Shown: piece after piece, positions 44,868-56,064 of the stretch
How the letters are laid out: each line of letters starts with the position of its first letter
Numbering within the stretch: the stretch's first letter is position 1
Origin: Escherichia coli
GTDB lineage: Bacteria > Pseudomonadota > Gammaproteobacteria > Enterobacterales > Enterobacteriaceae
Length of the DNA: 64,000 nt
Assembly (NCBI RefSeq): GCF_003790525.1
Contig: NZ_CP033635.1
Strand: one strand, 5' to 3'
Program-made: the position numbers and the translations under genes
The notes under the pieces: generated by a model
What the model was told of the DNA's origin: nothing
The model's database searches: none
The model's input: the letters and a program-made list of their open reading frames with translations, nothing else

Positions 44868-45541
44868 TGTACGAGTTTGACTGGAGTTCCATAGTTCCTT
44901 CCCTGCCATATCTGCTCGACGGGCTGGTGATCACCCTGAAAATCACCGTCACGGCAGTCGTGATTGGTATTTTGTGGGGCACCATGCTGGCGGTGATGCG
45001 CTTGTCCAGCTTTGCGCCCGTAGCGTGGTTTGCCAAAGCCTACGTTAACGTATTCCGCTCGATTCCTTTAGTTATGGTTTTGCTGTGGTTTTACCTGATT
45101 GTGCCGGGTTTTCTGCAAAACGTGCTGGGATTATCGCCAAAAAATGATATCCGTTTAATCTCGGCGATGGTGGCGTTTTCGATGTTTGAAGCGGCCTACT
45201 ATTCAGAGATTATCCGTGCCGGTATTCAAAGTATTTCCCGTGGTCAGTCGAGCGCCGCGCTGGCGTTGGGGATGAATCACTGGCAGTCGATGAAACTGAT
45301 TATTCTGCCGCAGGCGTTCCGCGCGATGGTGCCGCTGCTGCTCACTCAGGGCATCGTACTGTTCCAGGATACCTCACTGGTGTATGTGTTATCTCTGGCC
45401 GATTTCTTCCGTACCGCCTCAACCATTGGTGAGCGTGATGGTACGCAGGTCGAGATGATCCTGTTTGCCGGGTTTGTTTATTTCGTTATTAGCCTTAGCG
45501 CATCGTTGTTGGTCAGCTACTTGAAAAGAAGGACAGCATAA
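44867..45541 (+). CDS. gltK: Glutamate/aspartate ABC transporter permease
   Basis: 224 aa; start overlaps gltJ stop. Confidence 0.9.
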   Translation: MYEFDWSSIVPSLPYLLDGLVITLKITVTAVVIGILWGTMLAVMRLSSFAPVAWFAKAYVNVFRSIPLVMVLLWFYLIVPGFLQNVLGLSPKNDIRLISAMVAFSMFEAAYYSEIIRAGIQSISRGQSSAALALGMNHWQSMKLIILPQAFRAMVPLLLTQGIVLFQDTSLVYVLSLADFFRTASTIGERDGTQVEMILFAGFVYFVISLSASLLVSYLKRRTA

Positions 45542-46266
45542 TGATTACCCTGAAAAATGTTTCAAAATGGTATGGTCACTTTCAGGTGCTGACCGACTGC
45601 TCAACCGAAGTGAAAAAAGGCGAAGTGGTGGTGGTTTGCGGCCCGTCTGGTTCCGGCAAATCAACGCTGATTAAAACCGTCAACGGCCTCGAACCGGTGC
45701 AGCAAGGTGAAATCACCGTCGATGGCATCGTGGTTAATGATAAGAAAACCGATCTGGCAAAGCTGCGTTCCCGCGTCGGGATGGTGTTTCAGCATTTCGA
45801 GCTGTTCCCCCATCTGTCGATTATCGAAAACCTGACCCTGGCGCAGGTGAAAGTGCTTAAACGCAATAAAGCGCCGGCTCGTGAAAAAGCATTGAAATTG
45901 CTGGAGCGCGTCGGGCTTTCCGCACATGCCAATAAGTTTCCGGCGCAGCTTTCCGGCGGCCAGCAGCAGCGAGTGGCGATCGCTCGCGCATTGTGCATGG
46001 ATCCTATTGCCATGCTGTTCGACGAACCAACGTCGGCGCTGGATCCGGAGATGATCAACGAAGTGCTGGACGTGATGGTCGAACTGGCGAACGAAGGAAT
46101 GACGATGATGGTGGTGACCCACGAAATGGGCTTTGCCCGTAAAGTGGCGAATCGGGTGATCTTTATGGACGAGGGTAAAATTGTCGAAGACTCGCCGAAA
46201 GACGCTTTCTTCGATGATCCGAAATCGGACCGCGCAAAAGACTTCCTCGCGAAAATCCTGCATTAA
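45541..46266 (+). CDS. gltL: Glutamate/aspartate ABC transporter ATP-binding protein
   Basis: 241 aa; Walker [10 protein letters not shown], signature LSGGQQQR, Walker [12 protein letters not shown]. Confidence 0.95.
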   Translation: MITLKNVSKWYGHFQVLTDCSTEVKKGEVVVVCGPSGSGKSTLIKTVNGLEPVQQGEITVDGIVVNDKKTDLAKLRSRVGMVFQHFELFPHLSIIENLTLAQVKVLKRNKAPAREKALKLLERVGLSAHANKFPAQLSGGQQQRVAIARALCMDPIAMLFDEPTSALDPEMINEVLDVMVELANEGMTMMVVTHEMGFARKVANRVIFMDEGKIVEDSPKDAFFDDPKSDRAKDFLAKILH

Positions 46267-46383
46267 TCACTCTGGCGCGCATACCCAAGTGCGCGCCATC
46301 TCACGCTTTATCGTTTCGCTCCTCGTATCTGTTACATCCTGGCGGTACCCTTGTCGCAAAGAAGCACACAACAAGGAGCAACA

Positions 46384-47319
46384 ATGGCACTGCCAATTCT
46401 GTTAGATTGCGACCCAGGTCATGACGACGCTATCGCAATCGTTCTCGCCCTCGCCTCACCAGAGCTTGATGTCAAAGCAATTACGTCTTCCGCCGGAAAC
46501 CAGACACCAGAAAAAACCTTACGCAATGTTCTGTGTATGCTGACCTTGCTTAATCGCACCGATATTCCGGTAGCAAGCGGTGCGGTAAAACCATTAATGC
46601 GTGATTTGATTATCGCGGACAATGTGCACGGCGAAAGCGGTCTCGACGGCCCGGCATTACCGGAACCGACGTTCGCACCGCAAAACTGTACGGCGGTGGA
46701 GCTGATGGCGAAAACGCTGTGTGAAAGTGAGGAACCTGTCACCATTGTTTCTACCGGACCGCAAACTAACGTTGCCTTGCTGCTCAATAGCCACCCGGAA
46801 CTGCATAGCAAAATTGCCCGTATCGTGATTATGGGCGGCGCAATGGGGCTTGGTAACTGGACGCCTGCGGCTGAATTTAATATTTACGTTGACCCGGAAG
46901 CGGCAGAAATTGTCTTCCAGTCAGGGATCCCGGTGGTGATGGCCGGTCTGGATGTTACTCACAAAGCACAAATTCACGTTGAGGACACCGAGCGTTTCCG
47001 CGCCATTGGCAACCCTGTTTCAACCATTGTTGCCGAACTGCTGGATTTCTTCCTCGAATATCATAAAGACGAAAAATGGGGCTTTGTCGGCGCACCGCTG
47101 CATGACCCATGCACCATCGCCTGGCTGTTAAAACCGGAGTTGTTTACCACTGTTGAGCGCTGGGTTGGCGTGGAAACACAAGGGAAATATACCCAAGGTA
47201 TGACGGTTGTTGATTATTATTATCTGACTGGCAATAAACCGAATGCCACTGTAATGGTCGATGTTGATCGTCAGGGCTTTGTTGATTTACTGGCCGATCG
47301 TCTGAAATTTTACGCTTAA
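46384..47319 (+). CDS. rihA: Pyrimidine-specific ribonucleoside hydrolase RihA
   Basis: 311 aa from [16 protein letters not shown] (IU-nucleoside hydrolase DxDxxxDD motif). Confidence 0.9.
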   Translation: MALPILLDCDPGHDDAIAIVLALASPELDVKAITSSAGNQTPEKTLRNVLCMLTLLNRTDIPVASGAVKPLMRDLIIADNVHGESGLDGPALPEPTFAPQNCTAVELMAKTLCESEEPVTIVSTGPQTNVALLLNSHPELHSKIARIVIMGGAMGLGNWTPAAEFNIYVDPEAAEIVFQSGIPVVMAGLDVTHKAQIHVEDTERFRAIGNPVSTIVAELLDFFLEYHKDEKWGFVGAPLHDPCTIAWLLKPELFTTVERWVGVETQGKYTQGMTVVDYYYLTGNKPNATVMVDVDRQGFVDLLADRLKFYA

Positions 47320-47332
47320 CACACGTCATTGA

Positions 47333-47372
47333 TTAAGATCACCACGCGTTACCTGGGTGGTCTTAATCTGTT
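47333..47372 (+). terminator. Hairpin after rihA
   Basis: TAAGATCACC...GGTGGTCTTA inverted repeat then T-rich run. Confidence 0.45.
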
Positions 47373-47402
47373 TATCTCTTTTTCTTTCAAGATATAAATG
47401 CA

Positions 47403-49073
47403 ATGGATAATGCAGAACTCGCCATTGGTATCGATCTCGGTACTACCAATAGTTTAATTGCCGTCTGGAAAGACGGTGCCGCGCAATTAATTCCAAATAA
47501 GTTCGGTGAATATTTAACACCATCCATAATTAGCATGGATGAAAATAATCATATTTTAGTCGGAAAACCGGCTGTATCACGGCGTACTTCGCATCCGGAT
47601 AAAACGGCAGCGTTATTTAAACGTGCAATGGGCAGTAATACCAACTGGCGGTTAGGCAGCGACACATTTAACGCGCCAGAACTGTCCTCTTTGGTATTAC
47701 GCTCATTAAAAGAAGATGCCGAAGAATTTCTGCAACGTCCGATTAAAGATGTGGTGATCTCCGTTCCGGCTTATTTCAGCGATGAACAACGCAAGCATAC
47801 CCGTTTAGCAGCGGAGTTAGCCGGGTTAAATGCGGTACGCTTAATTAATGAACCCACAGCAGCTGCGATGGCATATGGCCTGCATACGCAACAAAATACC
47901 CGCTCGCTGGTTTTTGATCTCGGTGGCGGCACGTTTGACGTCACGGTGCTCGAATACGCCACGCCGGTGATTGAAGTTCACGCCTCCGCTGGCGACAACT
48001 TTCTTGGCGGCGAAGATTTTACTCATATGCTGGTGGATGAAGTTTTAAAACGCGCCGCAGTGGCTAAAAACATGCTCAACGAAAGTGAGCTGGCAGCCCT
48101 GTACACCAGCGTGGAAGCGGCAAAATGTAGCAATCAATTACCGCTGCAAATTAGCTGGCAGTATCAGGAAGAAACGCGTGAGTGCGAATTTTACGAGAAC
48201 GAACTGGAAGATTTGTGGTTGCCGCTGCTCAATCGCTTGCGAGTGCCGATTGAACAGGCGTTGCGCGATGCACGTCTGAAGCCAAGTCAAATCGACAGTC
48301 TGGTGCTGGTTGGCGGCGCATCACAAATGCCGCTGGTGCAGCGAATCGCCGTGCGTCTGTTTGGCAAATTACCGTATCAAAGTTACGATCCGAGCACCAT
48401 TGTCGCGCTGGGCGCAGCAATCCAGGCCGCCTGCCGCTTACGCAGTGAAGATATTGAAGAAGTGATCCTCACTGATATTTGCCCCTACTCCTTAGGTGTT
48501 GAAGTTAACCGCCAGGGCGTTTCCGGCATTTTCTCACCGATTATTGAACGAAATACCACTGTGCCGGTGTCGCGAGTAGAAACTTACTCGACCATGCACC
48601 CGGAGCAGGATTCAATAACGATTAATGTTTATCAGGGAGAAAATCACAAAGTTAAGAATAATATACTGGTTGAATCCTTTGATGTTCCGCTGAAGAAAAC
48701 CGGGGCTTATCAGTCTATTGATATTCGCTTTAGTTATGATATTAACGGATTGCTTGAAGTTGACGTGCTTCTGGAAGACGGCAGCGTTAAGTCCAGAGTC
48801 ATTAACCACAGCCCGGTAACGTTAAGTACCCAGCAAATTGAAGAGAGTCGGGCACGGTTATCCGCATTAAAAATTTATCCGCGCGATATGCTCATCAACC
48901 GTACCTTTAAAGCCAAACTGGAAGAGTTATGGGCGCGGGCGCTGGGTGACGAGCGAGAAGAGATTGGCCGGGTAATCACCGATTTTGATGCGGCGCTGCA
49001 ATCAAACGATATGGCCCGCGTCGATGAAGTTCGTCGACGGGCGAGCGATTATTTGGCCATTGAGATCCCTTAA
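47403..49073 (+). CDS. hscC: Hsp70-family chaperone HscC (Hsc62)
   Basis: 556 aa; actin-like ATPase motifs IDLGTTNS, DLGGGTFD; no C-terminal EEVD-type lid tail. Confidence 0.9.
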   Translation: MDNAELAIGIDLGTTNSLIAVWKDGAAQLIPNKFGEYLTPSIISMDENNHILVGKPAVSRRTSHPDKTAALFKRAMGSNTNWRLGSDTFNAPELSSLVLRSLKEDAEEFLQRPIKDVVISVPAYFSDEQRKHTRLAAELAGLNAVRLINEPTAAAMAYGLHTQQNTRSLVFDLGGGTFDVTVLEYATPVIEVHASAGDNFLGGEDFTHMLVDEVLKRAAVAKNMLNESELAALYTSVEAAKCSNQLPLQISWQYQEETRECEFYENELEDLWLPLLNRLRVPIEQALRDARLKPSQIDSLVLVGGASQMPLVQRIAVRLFGKLPYQSYDPSTIVALGAAIQAACRLRSEDIEEVILTDICPYSLGVEVNRQGVSGIFSPIIERNTTVPVSRVETYSTMHPEQDSITINVYQGENHKVKNNILVESFDVPLKKTGAYQSIDIRFSYDINGLLEVDVLLEDGSVKSRVINHSPVTLSTQQIEESRARLSALKIYPRDMLINRTFKAKLEELWARALGDEREEIGRVITDFDAALQSNDMARVDEVRRRASDYLAIEIP

Positions 49074-49080
49074 ACACGGC

Positions 49081-49180
<100 letters not shown>

Positions 49181-49183
49181 CAT

Positions 49184-50635
49184 CTAACTGAACAACATCG
49201 CGATTTTACCGATCGCGTAACCTATCACCAGCACCGTTAAGCTGATTTTGATAATGCTGGTAATGCTCTGTGGTTTTTCATCCTCATCATTTTTTTCTTC
49301 GTGGTTTTCAGGTGTTGGCTCATCGACATCTTCATCCTCCGGCTCGAGTTTCACTTTCGTCAACAGCATCCGCGTGATAATGGCCTCTAATGGATGAGCA
49401 TCTCCACCTTCCAGCCTTGTATTAAGACGGGCCAGCATCTCTTGTTTCGGGAACGCTTCCAGCACAACCTGTTCCGCTACCCGATACAAATCCAGTAACG
49501 GTGAATCTTGTTCTGTCTCGCTACCGACTCTCGATTTCCACCATGCCCATGCTTTGCGCTTGAAGAATAACGACTCAATAAACGATTGACCTAACGGCGA
49601 TAATTTTCCGCTATGTAAAATTTCCGCCCATAACAGCCGCGTCCGGGCGCTCTCACCAGGAACATATTTCAACGGTTGACCTTGCGCATCTATCATGCTT
49701 CGCGCTTCGATAACCATCACTAATAACGCGAAATAATCCGGGCAATGACGCTTGCTCCACTGCAACAACAAATTATCAGCTTGTGTAGATGGGTAACTCT
49801 CCCGGTATGCGCAGAGATCGGCAAGCAGGCTTTCCCCCTCGCCACAGTACAACCGTTGCGCACACTGGTAATAACGGGCATCTTCGCTTTCTGGATTTTC
49901 TGCTTGCCACTGTTGGGCAACAGGAATAAGTTCCGCCATACCTGTTTTCACCGAGCTGTACCAGCGCAACAGTTTGCGATGTAACTTGACATCATCAGGA
50001 ATGAACCACGGACCTTCCATTGCCATAAACGCAGTGACATAGTCAGGATGGTAACGGCAGCAGCGTTCCAGCGCGAAGTAATACTCAACAGTCTGGTTCT
50101 GCAACGCGACGGGATATTCCAGAAGGCTAAGGAAATCGAAACAATCACCAGCCTGAATGGCCTCAAGAAAAGCCTCCCTTTCTTCCTCATCCATTCCTTC
50201 GCTGTCATTAAACGAATGCCAGTTCAAACGCTCTGCCAGCAAAGAAGCACAATTTAATGAAAGATATCGCGCTTCTATAGCGACTGCACACAGCGGCCAG
50301 CGTAATTGATCGACATCCTCCATGTTCCAGGTATTTAATTGCTGAATAAATTTCTGCCAGGCGGAGGGCTGAAAACGATCACTTTCAGAATCCAGTAATG
50401 CCCTGAATGCACGTAGTATTTCATGTTCAGCGGCGGCATCTTTTTCTTCATCATCTGCTTCCTCGACAGGATTTACCGCCAGTCGCAGCGCCTCTTCATA
50501 GGCCTGGCGTAATGCTTTAAACCCCTGCGGATCGGTTTCGGGATGACACAACGGTAAGCGAGCAAGATAAGCCTGGCGGATAATGTCTATTTGCGTCGTG
50601 CTTTCAATTTCGAGGATTTGCCAACATGTTTTCAT
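49184..50635 (-). CDS. djlC: J-domain-like co-chaperone DjlC (YbeV), C-terminally membrane-anchored
   Basis: 483 aa; N-terminal J-like region with HPE in place of HPD; acidic linker; C-terminal hydrophobic segment [26 protein letters not shown]. Confidence 0.85.
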   Translation of the reverse strand: MKTCWQILEIESTTQIDIIRQAYLARLPLCHPETDPQGFKALRQAYEEALRLAVNPVEEADDEEKDAAAEHEILRAFRALLDSESDRFQPSAWQKFIQQLNTWNMEDVDQLRWPLCAVAIEARYLSLNCASLLAERLNWHSFNDSEGMDEEEREAFLEAIQAGDCFDFLSLLEYPVALQNQTVEYYFALERCCRYHPDYVTAFMAMEGPWFIPDDVKLHRKLLRWYSSVKTGMAELIPVAQQWQAENPESEDARYYQCAQRLYCGEGESLLADLCAYRESYPSTQADNLLLQWSKRHCPDYFALLVMVIEARSMIDAQGQPLKYVPGESARTRLLWAEILHSGKLSPLGQSFIESLFFKRKAWAWWKSRVGSETEQDSPLLDLYRVAEQVVLEAFPKQEMLARLNTRLEGGDAHPLEAIITRMLLTKVKLEPEDEDVDEPTPENHEEKNDEDEKPQSITSIIKISLTVLVIGYAIGKIAMLFS

Positions 50636-51339
50636 AGGTCGCTCACATCCTTAAGCGTTACCGGGCATTCAGGCTGGACAGTTAATGGCTGCCAGGGAAG
50701 CGTGGCATAGAAACGGTCGCTTCCCGCTGCCAGCTCTTCGAACATCCGACTCCCGGCGCTATCGTATTTGTACAGGGTTAGCGCCTCGCGTAGCGAAGCG
50801 TTGTCTTCGCACTGAGAAGATTGCCAGTAGAGACGCCCTAACGAATAGGCGGAAAAATAGTGCATCCAGCTGTGATAGTAATGGTGTGCTCGTATATAGA
50901 CGCGCGATTGCAGCCATAAACTCTCGTCTTCCGTCAGCCACTTGTTGAGCACACCAACCCGTGATAAAAAACCCATCCGCACATAATCCCAGGCTTTGAT
51001 TCCCCCTTCCCCACAACACATAGCGGTTTGGGCAACGAATTGGGTATAAATCAACCCTCTCTCCGAGCCGCCAGCAATTAATGCTTTCCACTCTTCAGGG
51101 GAAGAGCGATGCCATGTCAGATATAAGCCAGCTAAATCATTGGCATGACCATCATCGGTCATCTGATAAATAGTCTGAATTAAATCATCACGATTATTTA
51201 TTCCCCAGGATGATGAGAGATCGAATTCTTTTATCCCGGTATACATTTTTGGCGAGTCATGCGCGGGCTTGCAACCCTGATTAAGTATTTCCATGGGCGT
51301 AGAAAGCGCAAAAAGAAGATATTGTTCTTCCTTATTCAT
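50632..51339 (-). CDS. ybeU: DUF1266 protein YbeU, translationally coupled to djlC
   Basis: 235 aa; paralog of YbeR (about 60% identity by eye); stop overlaps djlC start (ATGA). Confidence 0.85.
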   Translation of the reverse strand: MNKEEQYLLFALSTPMEILNQGCKPAHDSPKMYTGIKEFDLSSSWGINNRDDLIQTIYQMTDDGHANDLAGLYLTWHRSSPEEWKALIAGGSERGLIYTQFVAQTAMCCGEGGIKAWDYVRMGFLSRVGVLNKWLTEDESLWLQSRVYIRAHHYYHSWMHYFSAYSLGRLYWQSSQCEDNASLREALTLYKYDSAGSRMFEELAAGSDRFYATLPWQPLTVQPECPVTLKDVSDL

Positions 51340-51440
51340 TTGTTAATAATCCCTTATGTGCATTAACTGACTACTTTTTTATTATTGATGAGTATAAACT
51401 TGACGCTTTCAAAATAAAAAGAAAATCGAAGCATTCACTC

Positions 51441-51995
51441 ATGAATAAAAAATTAATGTATATATTCGCAATATTTATAGTTGCAGCAATAACCTGTATT
51501 AGCCAACCCAAGAAAACGACGTTGCGTGATAAAGCCATGGCGAATTATGCCTTTGATTATTTAAGCTCACCGGGCAGTCTTCCATTCACCACGGCAGCCA
51601 CGGAGCTTTCCGCGATTCATGGTCACTCAACGTCGCAATATCGCCTTGGAGAATTTTATCTTCATGGTAGCGACGGTAAACCACTGGATTATACACAGGC
51701 GAGATACTGGTATGAGCAATCAGCGGAACAGGAAAATCCACGCGCGCAAAGTAAACTGGGGTGGATCTACCTCAAAGGTCTGGGGGTCAAACCCGATACC
51801 CGTAAAGCAATTCTCTGGTATAAGGAAGCAGCTGAACAAGGGTATGCTCATGCTCAATATACTTTAGGTTTGATCTACAGAAACGGCTCAGGTATTAATG
51901 TTAACCATTATGAATCTCAAAAATGGTTAAAACTGGCCGCCAAACAACATTACAAAAACGCGGAAAGATTACTTGCCGGGCTTCCCGCACATTAA
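51441..51995 (+). CDS. ybeT: Sel1-repeat protein YbeT with N-terminal signal/anchor
   Basis: 184 aa; hydrophobic N-terminus [19 protein letters not shown]; repeated AxxWY..AAEQG Sel1-like units. Confidence 0.85.
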   Translation: MNKKLMYIFAIFIVAAITCISQPKKTTLRDKAMANYAFDYLSSPGSLPFTTAATELSAIHGHSTSQYRLGEFYLHGSDGKPLDYTQARYWYEQSAEQENPRAQSKLGWIYLKGLGVKPDTRKAILWYKEAAEQGYAHAQYTLGLIYRNGSGINVNHYESQKWLKLAAKQHYKNAERLLAGLPAH

Positions 51996-52004
51996 CGTCG
52001 ACTG

Positions 52005-53432
52005 TCACCCGAACAGATGGAGTATTTTCCCTATCAAACCGGCAAAGATAAAAATGTAGAAAATAATTTTGATGACGCCCAGGCAGCCCGGCCCACCATC
52101 GTCAACGGGCATCGACTGCGGTTGCGGCTCCGGTTCGACGGTTTGCTTCTCGGTAAAATTTGCCGCCTGAATTAATAATCGACGAATCATTAATGCTTCC
52201 AGTGGACAACGATCTTCTGCATCAAGGCGGCTGACGATCGGCATTAATGATTCTTCTGTCGGTTGGCTGGCCTGAACTAATTGTTTAGCAACTAAATATA
52301 ATGGCCATAAGGGATGTTCTGTATCACGCGTGAGTGAGATCCGCGGCTTACGTCCTTTGTGCAAAACCATCTCGACCAGAGAACGCCCCAGCGCAGAGAG
52401 TTTTTCATCACTGAGTATTTCGTATAAATGAAAACGCGTACGAGCGCTGTCACCAGGGACATAAAGTAGCGGTTTTCCCTGATCGTTAACCAGATCACGC
52501 GCTTCAATCATCATCACCACTAACGGGTAATAATCGACCCGATGCTGACGGCACCATTGCAACATTAAAGCATCCGCCTGGGTGGAGGGATACTCGCGCC
52601 AGTAGTCACAAAGTTCTGCCAGCAGGCTTTCGCCTTCTCCACAATAGACGCGTTGCGCGTATTCATAATAACGCGCATCTTCATTATCAGGTTCAGCTTC
52701 CCGCCACGACCGGGCGTAATCCAGAAGTTCGGGGATATCCAGACGGCTTGTGCTATACCAGCGGAGTAAATTTCTGTGCAAATTTGCATCATCGGGGATA
52801 ATCACTGCGCGATGTTGCGCTAAATACAATGTCAGCCATTCTGGATGCGATGACCAAATCCGAGCGAACATTTGGTAAAAATCAATGGTGTCATTTTGTA
52901 CGGCAACGGGCAGATGCAGAATGGTCTGGAAGTTAAAAACATTCCCCTTCGCAATGGCATATAAAAAGGATTCCAGTTCTTCTTCGTCTATTTCCCCGAC
53001 GTTTTCCTCCTGCAACCACCGCAATCTTTCTGCTAATAACACCACGCACTCGAAGGATAAATGGGCAGTGTTCATGGCTATTGTGCACAGCGACCAGCGT
53101 AATTCATCAATATCTTCCATCGAGCAATAATTTAATTGCTGAATGAATCGCTGCCAGGCAGAGGGCAGAAAACGTTCGCTATCAGAGGCGAGTAACGCAC
53201 GAAAGGCGAGCAGAATTTCATGTTCTGCAACTTCATGTTCTTCTGGTTGCCAAACAGATTTAGCAGGCGACTGCGCAATCCGTAGCGCGTCCTCATACGC
53301 CTGACGAAGTTGTTTAAAACCCTGCGGATCGGTTTCTGGATGAAAGGACGGTAACAGCGCCAGATAAGCGCGGCGGATAATATCGACGTCAGTCGTTTCC
53401 TCTATTTCGAGAATCTTCCAGCAATTTTTCAT
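52005..53432 (-). CDS. djlB: J-domain-like co-chaperone DjlB (YbeS), C-terminally membrane-anchored
   Basis: 475 aa; full-length paralog of DjlC; HPE motif; C-terminal hydrophobic tail [24 protein letters not shown]. Confidence 0.85.
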   Translation of the reverse strand: MKNCWKILEIEETTDVDIIRRAYLALLPSFHPETDPQGFKQLRQAYEDALRIAQSPAKSVWQPEEHEVAEHEILLAFRALLASDSERFLPSAWQRFIQQLNYCSMEDIDELRWSLCTIAMNTAHLSFECVVLLAERLRWLQEENVGEIDEEELESFLYAIAKGNVFNFQTILHLPVAVQNDTIDFYQMFARIWSSHPEWLTLYLAQHRAVIIPDDANLHRNLLRWYSTSRLDIPELLDYARSWREAEPDNEDARYYEYAQRVYCGEGESLLAELCDYWREYPSTQADALMLQWCRQHRVDYYPLVVMMIEARDLVNDQGKPLLYVPGDSARTRFHLYEILSDEKLSALGRSLVEMVLHKGRKPRISLTRDTEHPLWPLYLVAKQLVQASQPTEESLMPIVSRLDAEDRCPLEALMIRRLLIQAANFTEKQTVEPEPQPQSMPVDDGGPGCLGVIKIIFYIFIFAGLIGKILHLFG

Positions 53433-54136
53433 AGGTCGCTCATATCCTTAAGCGTTTCCGGGCATGTGGGGTAGTCAGCCAGTGGTTGCCAGGGTAAGGT
53501 CGCGTAATATGCATCGTCACTGGCAAATAATTGATAAAACATATCATTGCCGGAATCGTCGTATTCTTTACGCGCTAAGAATTCACGTAATAAAGGCAGA
53601 TCATCATCCTCGGGAGACTGCCAATATTGCCGACCAAAGGTATAACCGGCAAAGTATTGCCGCCAGTGACTATAATAACGTAGAGCCCGTAGATGAATGC
53701 GCGACTGGATCCACAGGCTTTCTTCTTCACTCAACCAGTTATTAAGTACGCCCATTCGGCTTAAAAAACCCATCCGGACATAATCCCAGGCTTTAATTCC
53801 TCCCTCACCACAGCATTCGGCGGTGCTGGCGACAAATTGCGCATAAGCCTGACCTTGCTCATTTAATTCAGCAAGATAGTCACGCCATTCACATGGCGAA
53901 TAACGAAACCAGCAGTGATAAAACCCTGCCAACCGCGCGGCATGACCGTTATCAATCATTCGGTAAATTGTGCGCAGCAGGTCATCACGGTCATCAATTC
54001 TCCAGGAGGAAGAAAGGTCAAAAAAGCGTGTACCTAAATACATTTTGGGGGATGAATGCGAAGGTAAACAGCATTCATTGCGTATTTCCATCGGAGTGGA
54101 AAGTGCAAACAATATTTTTTGCGACTCCATGTCCAT
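53429..54136 (-). CDS. ybeR: DUF1266 protein YbeR, translationally coupled to djlB
   Basis: 235 aa from ATG 54136 (ORF-track start 54163 is an extension); paralog of YbeU; ATGA overlap with djlB. Confidence 0.8.
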   Translation of the reverse strand: MDMESQKILFALSTPMEIRNECCLPSHSSPKMYLGTRFFDLSSSWRIDDRDDLLRTIYRMIDNGHAARLAGFYHCWFRYSPCEWRDYLAELNEQGQAYAQFVASTAECCGEGGIKAWDYVRMGFLSRMGVLNNWLSEEESLWIQSRIHLRALRYYSHWRQYFAGYTFGRQYWQSPEDDDLPLLREFLARKEYDDSGNDMFYQLFASDDAYYATLPWQPLADYPTCPETLKDMSDL

Positions 54137-54299
54137 ATAATTCATCCTTAAATATTCATTCAATGAATATTAACCACGTTGCGAGGCTCATTTATTTATA
54201 CTTTTCTGACGCAACATAATACGCATAAAATAAGGCTTACGCAAAAATGGAACACATAAAAATATAATATGTTTTATATGCAACCATAAGGAAATGATA

Positions 54300-55277
54300 A
54301 TGATTTTTACGTCAAGTTGCTGCGATAATTTATCAATAGAAAAGATTGTTAAACGTGCTGAAAAAGGCGATAGCGAGGCTCAATATATTGTTGGGTTTTA
54401 TTATAATCGCGATAGCGCAATTGACTCTCCGGACGACGAAAAAGCCTTCTACTGGCTGAAGCTTGCCGCTGAACAAGGCCATTGTGAAGCACAATATTCC
54501 TTAGGGCGGAAATACTCCGAGGATAAAAGCCGTCATAAAGATAATGAGCAAGCCATCTTTTGGCTGAAAAAAGCTGCCCTACAAGGCCATACTTTCGCTT
54601 CCAACGCCCTTGGCTGGATACTGGATCGTGGAGAAGACCCCAACTATAAAGAAGCGGTTGCCTGGTATCAGATAGCCGCGGAGAGCGGAATGCCTTATGC
54701 GCAAAATAATCTTGGATGGATGTACAGAAATGGTAACGGAGTCGCACAAGACTATGCGCTGGCATTTTTCTGGTACAAACAAGCTGCATTACAAGGCCAT
54801 AGTTACGCGCAAGACAACCTGGCCGATCTCTATAAAGACGGAGAAGGCGTTGCTCAAAACAAGACACTCGCCGCATTCTGGTATTTGAAAAGCGCACAGC
54901 AGGGTAATCGGCATGCCCAGTTTCAAATTGCATGGGATTATAACGCTGGCGAAGGGGTGGACCAGGACTATAAGCAAGCGATGTACTGGTATCTGAAGGC
55001 TGCCGCTCAGGAAAGCGTCGGCGCTTACGTCAACATCGGTTATATGTATAAACATGGACAAGGCGTTGAGAAAGATTATCAGGCCGCCTTTGAATGGTTT
55101 ATGAAAGCCGCTGAATGCAATGACGCCACTGCCTGGTATAACCTGGCCATTATGTATCACTACGGAGAAGGAAGACCTGTCGATCTCCGACAGGCTCTCG
55201 ACCTGTATCGTAAAGTTCAGGCATCCGGTACCAGGGATGTCAGTCAAGAAATCCGTGAGATTGAAGATTTACTGTAA
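54300..55277 (+). CDS. ybeQ: Sel1-repeat protein YbeQ
   Basis: 325 aa from ATG 54300 (better RBS spacing than 54294); at least 7 Sel1-like repeats. Confidence 0.85.
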   Translation: MIFTSSCCDNLSIEKIVKRAEKGDSEAQYIVGFYYNRDSAIDSPDDEKAFYWLKLAAEQGHCEAQYSLGRKYSEDKSRHKDNEQAIFWLKKAALQGHTFASNALGWILDRGEDPNYKEAVAWYQIAAESGMPYAQNNLGWMYRNGNGVAQDYALAFFWYKQAALQGHSYAQDNLADLYKDGEGVAQNKTLAAFWYLKSAQQGNRHAQFQIAWDYNAGEGVDQDYKQAMYWYLKAAAQESVGAYVNIGYMYKHGQGVEKDYQAAFEWFMKAAECNDATAWYNLAIMYHYGEGRPVDLRQALDLYRKVQASGTRDVSQEIREIEDLL

Positions 55278-55290
55278 GAGATAAAAACAA

Positions 55291-55315
55291 GGGCCGGGGA
55301 ATTTTATTCGGCCCA
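55291..55315. terminator. Hairpin between convergent ybeQ and ybeL
   Basis: GGGCCGGGGAATTTTATTCGGCCC. Confidence 0.45.
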
Positions 55316-55347
55316 TATTCTCTTTATTGCTGTGCGAAATCAGACCA

Positions 55348-55830
55348 TTAAGGCTCGAACGGGCGTCTCTGGAACTGGTCATGACCACATTTCGGGCATA
55401 GCGTCAGCACTTCCGGTGTGTAGATTGGGAGATGGAAATGACATTTCTCGCAGACCAGATTTCCCAGCCCTACCACTTCTCCGCTGTGATAAACCCCATG
55501 ATGATTGAGGTCCTGGAAAACTTCGCGCCATTCAAGCTGCGTTTTATCGGTGATGTCTGCCAGCTCCTGCCATAAGCTTTCTTTAATCACCCGCATAAAG
55601 ACGCTGTCAGATTCTTCTTTCAGGCTCTCTTCATAGCTCATGGCGAACTCTTCCAGGTCACGTCTGACAGCTCGCGTCAGCTCATCGACCTCGGTTCGCG
55701 TTAACTCCCCTGTTTTTATTACGCGCTCGCGCGCCTGCTCCACCAGTGCGTCGATATCACGTTCCCCATTACGCAGGCGTTCGCTCAGTGACGCGACCAG
55801 TTCACGGTAATATTGAGCAACCTTGTTCAT
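55348..55830 (-). CDS. ybeL: Zinc-ribbon protein YbeL (DUF1451)
   Basis: 160 aa; C-terminal CEKCHF...CPKCGH zinc-ribbon. Confidence 0.85.
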   Translation of the reverse strand: MNKVAQYYRELVASLSERLRNGERDIDALVEQARERVIKTGELTRTEVDELTRAVRRDLEEFAMSYEESLKEESDSVFMRVIKESLWQELADITDKTQLEWREVFQDLNHHGVYHSGEVVGLGNLVCEKCHFHLPIYTPEVLTLCPKCGHDQFQRRPFEP

Positions 55831-56064
55831 CGTTTCATCTCCCGGGTCGTTAACTGACTATAATAATAGACGTTCTTTGTTCCTTGCTTTGCTAATACGC
55901 CCACAAACTCTGTAAATTAATGTATGAATAATCCGGGCATCATTTCAACGTCGAGTGCGCGAAAGGCTGTTTTGACGCGGACGTTTGGGCTATGCTATGC
56001 GGATCTGAAAAACCACCTCAACGCTACATTTGTAGCCGTATTGAAAACAGGACCACTGGCTGCC

